From contig OZ245020.1 in assembly GCA_965223865.1 (NCBI GenBank), positions 960,001 through 1,024,000 on the forward strand: 64,000 nt of DNA. Reading direction: 5' to 3'. This document shows, in pieces, positions 59,282 through 64,000 of the stretch (its first letter is position 1; each line of letters begins with the position of its first letter). The position numbers were made by a program, and so were the translations under genes. The notes under the pieces are model-generated. The model ran no database searches and was not told the origin of the DNA. It saw nothing but the letters and a program-made list of their open reading frames with translations. The stretch comes from Nitrosarchaeum sp. Its GTDB lineage: Archaea; Thermoproteota; Nitrososphaeria; Nitrososphaerales; Nitrosopumilaceae.

Positions 59282-59407
59282 TCAAGGAATTGAGGGACGC
59301 TTTTTGGTCACCTTTCTGCTTTGCCTAACAGGTTTTCTCTTTTTTTGAATTCGCTTGTTTATGGTCTTTCCTTTAAGCTGGGATTTATGCCGTTGAGATA
59401 TTCTCAT
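59282..59407 (-). CDS. Very basic small protein (41 aa)
   Basis: Manual translation MRISQRHKSQLKGKTINKRIQKKRKPVRQSRKVTKKRPSIP*. Confidence 0.35.
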   Translation of the reverse strand: MRISQRHKSQLKGKTINKRIQKKRKPVRQSRKVTKKRPSIP

Positions 59408-59713
59408 CTTTTCTTTTTCTTGGACCTCCTCGATTTTTTTACTATAATTTTTAGAACATCAATTTCATGTTTTGAGAATTTCATTTCTATTTTGCCACCG
59501 TGACAGGGATATTTGTGTGATGAATCACATGATAAGATACACTGCCAAGAAATACCTAATTGGCACAATAATATTGTACCTAGGTCTGGGAGTAATCTTA
59601 ACTGTCATTAGCATATTTTTTGTAGATGTCTCATTTAGATAGTTTTATTTTTGTTCATTTCTGAGAATCAAAACTGAAAATCTACGATATGTAAAAATCT
59701 CTTTTATGACTTA

Positions 59714-60223
59714 TTGCGCCCAATGACCAGCGATAATGAAAGCAATAACAACAGAGAAAAAAGGGAAGTAGTACCGTTTTGGCGTTCAGGATTTGATGAT
59801 CTGGATAGGGTCTTCAACAATTTTAAGAGAGATTTTGAGCATGTCTTAGCACCATCATTTGCAATGGCAAAGCCATTCCATCATGCATTAGAGTCCTCAC
59901 CAGCATGTGACCTTGTAGATGAAGGAGACAAGTTTGTAGTTACTGCAGACATGCCAAGGATAAAAAAAGAAGAAATCAACCTCAATGTAGGAGATGATTA
60001 TATTGACATCTCAGCTGAGCACAAGGAATCTGAAGAGGAAAAGAAGAAAAAATACATCAGAAAGGAACACAGTAAAGTATCCATTCACAGAAGAATGTCT
60101 CTTCCAGAACGAGTAAAGTCATCAGATGTCAAGGCCAAACTAAATAATGGAATACTTACAATAGATATTCCAAAAGAAAAACCCACTCCTCAACCAAAGA
60201 CAACTAAAATTAAAATAGAATAA
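59714..60223 (+). CDS. Small heat-shock protein Hsp20
   Basis: DLVDEGDKFVVTADMP, LPE.V, AKLNNGILTI.IPK, C-terminal IKIE. Confidence 0.92.
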   Translation: MRPMTSDNESNNNREKREVVPFWRSGFDDLDRVFNNFKRDFEHVLAPSFAMAKPFHHALESSPACDLVDEGDKFVVTADMPRIKKEEINLNVGDDYIDISAEHKESEEEKKKKYIRKEHSKVSIHRRMSLPERVKSSDVKAKLNNGILTIDIPKEKPTPQPKTTKIKIE

Positions 60224-60365
60224 TTATTACAAAGATATCTAAATCGCCATTTCTTTTTTATTTTCAATACATAAAGTACGAAGTCCTAGAATATGTTATT
60301 TTTACATTCTATCTTTTTATCCATTACATTTGGAGATTCAGGTTAATGTAATCATCAAATTATCA

Positions 60366-61169
60366 TTATTTGATTTCATCCCAATGAGAAATATGTGATG
60401 AGCCAGCACTTTTCTGATATGCTTCAATCAAGTCTACTGCAGTAACAATTCCAACTAAATCCTTATCATGTGTAATGCCTAATCTCTTGGTATTATTTGC
60501 AGCCATAATTCGAGCAGCACCTTTTGCATGGATATTATCTTCAGATTTGATTAAAGGCCATGAAGAATATGATTCTATCTCCTCATTCAATGAAGTCTCT
60601 TGTTTTAGACAGTGAAGAACATCTCTTTCAGTAAATATCCCATAATACGCGAAATTTCCAACAATTACACTTCCTATATTTTTTTCAAGCATTATTTTGA
60701 CTGCTTCTTTTATTTTTGTCTTTGAGTTACATGTCATCAAGTCTTTGCTCACAAATGGTTTTATCGGAGGATCATCGTCAGTTTTCTGAAAAGCTCGCAA
60801 CATATCAGTGGCAGTGATTATTCCAACCAATTTTTTGGCTTCTGCAAAGACTAAAATCCGAGATTTTTTTGATGTCATAATTTTTGTAGCATCAAGCACG
60901 GAAATTCCCGGATCAATGACGTCGTACGGTTGTTTTCCTATATGCTTGATTGGTGTTTCAGGATCTGCATCCTTTGACACTATATGTTTTAGAACTTCTC
61001 TTTCTGTAAAAACTCCAATCGGTTTTTCTCTTTCTGTTACTATGAGATTACCAAATCCTCTTTCGGACATAAAGTCAACTACAGTTTTGAAAGAAACGCT
61101 TGATTTTACCGTAATAGGATATGCAGTCATAAATTGAGAAACTGGTAGGTCCTCTATTTTTAAAAACAT
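60366..61169 (-). CDS. CBS-domain protein (four CBS)
   Basis: GVFTERE, GIITATD, GIFTERD, GIVTAVD. Confidence 0.88.
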   Translation of the reverse strand: MFLKIEDLPVSQFMTAYPITVKSSVSFKTVVDFMSERGFGNLIVTEREKPIGVFTEREVLKHIVSKDADPETPIKHIGKQPYDVIDPGISVLDATKIMTSKKSRILVFAEAKKLVGIITATDMLRAFQKTDDDPPIKPFVSKDLMTCNSKTKIKEAVKIMLEKNIGSVIVGNFAYYGIFTERDVLHCLKQETSLNEEIESYSSWPLIKSEDNIHAKGAARIMAANNTKRLGITHDKDLVGIVTAVDLIEAYQKSAGSSHISHWDEIK

Positions 61170-61286
61170 GAATTAAAAAACATAACAAAATATTTCATTC
61201 AAGTATTCAAGAATCAAATCTGAGAATCAGTTTGGAGAATTACATTGTTTTGTAATTAAGGAGAGAGACAAAATTATTGTGATATA

Positions 61287-62621
61287 ATGATAGTAAGATC
61301 CTTTGAGTATACTATTCCTCAAATCACATATCTAGTCAAGAAAAAACTATGGGCTCAGGTTCTTGTTGGTTTATTCTTTGGTTTGATTTTAGGAATAGTT
61401 CTTGGTCCAGAAGCAAATTTAGTTCCTAGAGAATCGGTTCAGGTGCTCACAGAGTGGTTATCAATACCTGCCAATCTATTTCTTAAAATAATACAAATGA
61501 TTATTGTTCCTCTTATCTTTGCATCAATAATCCGTGGACTCACATCTACAGGAAATATGGAGCAGCTAAGATCAATTGGTATTGGAACTACCATGTATTT
61601 TATAATCACCACCATAATTGCCATGGCAATTGGGATTCTAGTTGCAACTGCAATCATGCCAGGAAATTTTATTGACAGTTCTCTGATATTCGAAAGTTTT
61701 GGAATTGAAGAGACTGAAAATATGGTAGAACAAACTGAGTTTGGTCTAAGCGATATCCCCCAAGGTATTGTTGGTTTTATTCCTAGCAACCCCTTAGAAT
61801 CAATGCTTTCAGGTGAGATGTTAAGCATAATCGTTTTTGCCCTATTTGTAGGAGTGGCATTGATATCATTACCAAAGAAAAGCTCTGAGCCAATACTTGA
61901 CTTGTTGGATGGTGTTCAGAAAATCACTATGAAAGTTGTTTCATGGGCAATGCGTTTGGCCCCCTTTGCGGCTTTTGGATTAATGGCAGACATTACATCA
62001 AAACTTGGCGTATCTGCACTTGTGGGACTCGGAGTCTACATGGTGACTGTGGTAATTGGACTCTTTGCAGTATTGGTTGTCTATATAATCATAATCAAGT
62101 TTTTTACCAAAAGGCCTCTTGCCTCGACGTTGGGAATGCTCAAGGATCCTATGCTTCTTGGTTTTTCAACATCAAGCTCTGCTGCAGTAATGCCAGTATC
62201 CATCAAAACGGCTGAGGAGAAATTAAAAGTAAAACCCGAAGTTTCCCAGTTTGTAATTCCTTTGGGGGCAACAATCAATATGAATGGAACTGCCTTGTAT
62301 CAAATAGTTGCAGTGTTTTTCCTGGCACAGCTTTTCAATATTGACCTTGGAATAACCACCATACTTTTGATTGCATTGACTGCCCTTGCTGCATCAATAG
62401 GAGCACCTTCTGCCCCGGGAACTGGAATTGTGATACTTTCATCCATACTTGTTACTGCAGGAGTTCCAGCAGTTGGCATTGTTCTTATTCTTGGAGTAGA
62501 TAGAATTTTAGATATGACCAGAACTATGATCAATGTTACTGGCGATCTTACGGCTTGCCTCTTCTTTGATAAAAGGACAAAAGTAGAGAATGCTACATCT
62601 AAGGATCAGAAACATCAGTAA
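61287..62621 (+). CDS. Dicarboxylate/amino acid:cation symporter (GltP/GltPh family)
   Basis: MIIVPLIF, FSTSSSAA, PLGATINMNGT, GVDRILDMTRT..NV.GD. Confidence 0.92.
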   Translation: MIVRSFEYTIPQITYLVKKKLWAQVLVGLFFGLILGIVLGPEANLVPRESVQVLTEWLSIPANLFLKIIQMIIVPLIFASIIRGLTSTGNMEQLRSIGIGTTMYFIITTIIAMAIGILVATAIMPGNFIDSSLIFESFGIEETENMVEQTEFGLSDIPQGIVGFIPSNPLESMLSGEMLSIIVFALFVGVALISLPKKSSEPILDLLDGVQKITMKVVSWAMRLAPFAAFGLMADITSKLGVSALVGLGVYMVTVVIGLFAVLVVYIIIIKFFTKRPLASTLGMLKDPMLLGFSTSSSAAVMPVSIKTAEEKLKVKPEVSQFVIPLGATINMNGTALYQIVAVFFLAQLFNIDLGITTILLIALTALAASIGAPSAPGTGIVILSSILVTAGVPAVGIVLILGVDRILDMTRTMINVTGDLTACLFFDKRTKVENATSKDQKHQ

Positions 62622-62693
62622 ACATCGTATCCTACAAGCAATAATTTGAAAATTTAAACAATAATTTTTTGATAAATTAAATTCAAGGGGTTC

Positions 62694-63494
62694 TTATTCT
62701 TTTAGCTTACTCTCTTTGAATATGTCGGAGCCATACCAACAGTATCTGAAATAGTCAAGGCACCACTCATGAAACATTTGATCATCTCCATGGAGCATTT
62801 CAGTAATGTCTGCTTCTCCATTAGTTGTAGGAAACATTATACATGCTTCTTTTTCATTGATTACCAAGACCGTTTGAATACTTTTGACCATTTTTCTTTC
62901 AACTAATCCTTTTTCAATTAGTTTGTCAAACCCAAGTTTTTTCAACAATGCTTTTCTACCTTTTGGCACCACGATATTCTCTGCAAAAATATACTGAAAC
63001 CTAATTCCTTTTTTAACGCGCTTAATCAAAGGCTCAATCAAGTCCAATGGAACCTCTGATAATATTTCGTAGATATACTCATCAGCATTTCTGTAAATTG
63101 TCTTCCACTGTTCAAGGATTTTAGATACTCCCTTGATGTGTTTTCCAGAGGCAAGCTGTCCTGCTCGCATAATAAACTTGGTTGGAAGATCTCCAAACGT
63201 ATGATCTTCAAAGTAGGTTCTATTCTGAGATAAAAACACAAGTGAAGGAACTTGAGTACACATTGTTTTTCCAAAGGTAGTTAATGCATATTTTCCATCC
63301 TTGTCTTTTTCAATCATTCCACTTTCCTCTAAACGAATAAAATTTCTGTGAACTTCTTGTTTTGTGACCCCGATCTCTCTTGCAAGAAATGTTGCTGTAG
63401 TTCTTTTCTGCAATAATTTGAATAAAATCTCTAATCTTTGAGAGCTTGTAAGCTCCAAAAAGTTTTCAGATGCTTTATCGTACAAGTCACTCAT
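62694..63494 (-). CDS. ArsR-type wHTH transcriptional regulator with C-terminal DUF1724-like domain
   Basis: LTSSQRLEIL..L, EVHRNF.RL, YALTTFG, FHEWCLDYFRYCW. Confidence 0.8.
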   Translation of the reverse strand: MSDLYDKASENFLELTSSQRLEILFKLLQKRTTATFLAREIGVTKQEVHRNFIRLEESGMIEKDKDGKYALTTFGKTMCTQVPSLVFLSQNRTYFEDHTFGDLPTKFIMRAGQLASGKHIKGVSKILEQWKTIYRNADEYIYEILSEVPLDLIEPLIKRVKKGIRFQYIFAENIVVPKGRKALLKKLGFDKLIEKGLVERKMVKSIQTVLVINEKEACIMFPTTNGEADITEMLHGDDQMFHEWCLDYFRYCWYGSDIFKESKLKE

Positions 63495-63536
63495 GTCTAC
63501 AACAGCTCATTTTAACAAGTACTATTGAAATAATTT

Positions 63537-64000
63537 TCACTCCATAACATGAATCAAATCTCTTAATTTTCTTCTAGACTTTGGTGGTTTTTTTGCTGCA
63601 GGATATCCTATACATAATATTGATGATGGTTTCAAATCTGTTCCTAAAATCTTCTTTACTTTTTCTTCATCTATCATTCCAATCCAAATTGAGCTCAGTC
63701 CCAAAGCATGTGCCGCAAGCTGAGCATATGCTGCTGCAAGTGTTGTGTCTTGTATTGAAAATTTTGAAAGTTTCTCAGGTGGAAAATCAAGTTTTACTCT
63801 GCCCGGATTCATACAAAATACAAGCACAAGAGGTGCATTCACGAATGGTTGTTTGTTTGCTGCCTCAACAAGTGCCTCTTTTGCTTCCTTGTTTTTTACG
63901 TAAAAGACCTCTAATCCTTGAAAGTTTCCAGCAGTAGGTGCAGTGTCAGCTGCAGCTAGAATCTTCTCAATCTTCCAGTTTTCGATCTTTGTTTTTGCAA
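63537..64000 (-). CDS. Nitroreductase family protein, 5' end beyond window
   Basis: Frame extends to the edge: KIEKILAAADTAPTAGNFQ..., QLAAHALGLSSIWIG, IGYP..R. Confidence 0.85.
   Translation of the reverse strand, partial: AKTKIENWKIEKILAAADTAPTAGNFQGLEVFYVKNKEAKEALVEAANKQPFVNAPLVLVFCMNPGRVKLDFPPEKLSKFSIQDTTLAAAYAQLAAHALGLSSIWIGMIDEEKVKKILGTDLKPSSILCIGYPAAKKPPKSRRKLRDLIHVME

Noticed and set aside
1-64000. Transposases, integrases, rRNA, cas or known defence genes
   Set aside because: No ORF with the relevant catalytic motifs was recognised

Overview
AT-rich archaeal DNA that looks like an ammonia-oxidising thaumarchaeon (Nitrosopumilus-like). This is inferred from PEF(G)-CTERM and CFI-box sorting tails, an SlaA-type S-layer homolog, the 'IPxWIKNTAxWW' exported domain, TATA-type promoters and frequent TTG starts. 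The left part (1-28 kb) is mostly housekeeping: Zn-ADH, YyaL, DEAD helicase, DsbA, tRNA-Thr(UGU), PdaD, PepF and PPase. It also holds a small co-oriented cassette (GT2, protealysin+emfourin, subtilase, copper-radical oxidase), a release-factor paralog that lacks stop-codon-reading motifs, a GC-rich hairpin RNA candidate and several unannotated Cys/His zinc micro-proteins. A tRNA-Ala 3' fragment at ~28150 may be the left att boundary of an island that runs past the right edge and is rich in stress and ion-homeostasis genes (2 USP, PAC2, MscS, 2 CNNM, CorA, Kv channel, Hsp20, CBS, glutamate-type symporter). The best candidate for a new system is the tightly coupled operon at 49655-57961: a Ddl-like ATP-grasp ligase fused to an apparently catalytically dead M20 domain, then CNNM, CorA, a K+ channel, a cytoplasmic gamma-glutamyltransferase and an N-formylglutamate amidohydrolase. 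I infer that it makes and recycles a glutamyl peptide or solute linked to K+/Mg2+ homeostasis. Three single-base frameshifts may be assembly errors, and an S-layer paralog appears internally deleted. All family calls come from motif recognition by eye; no searches were run.
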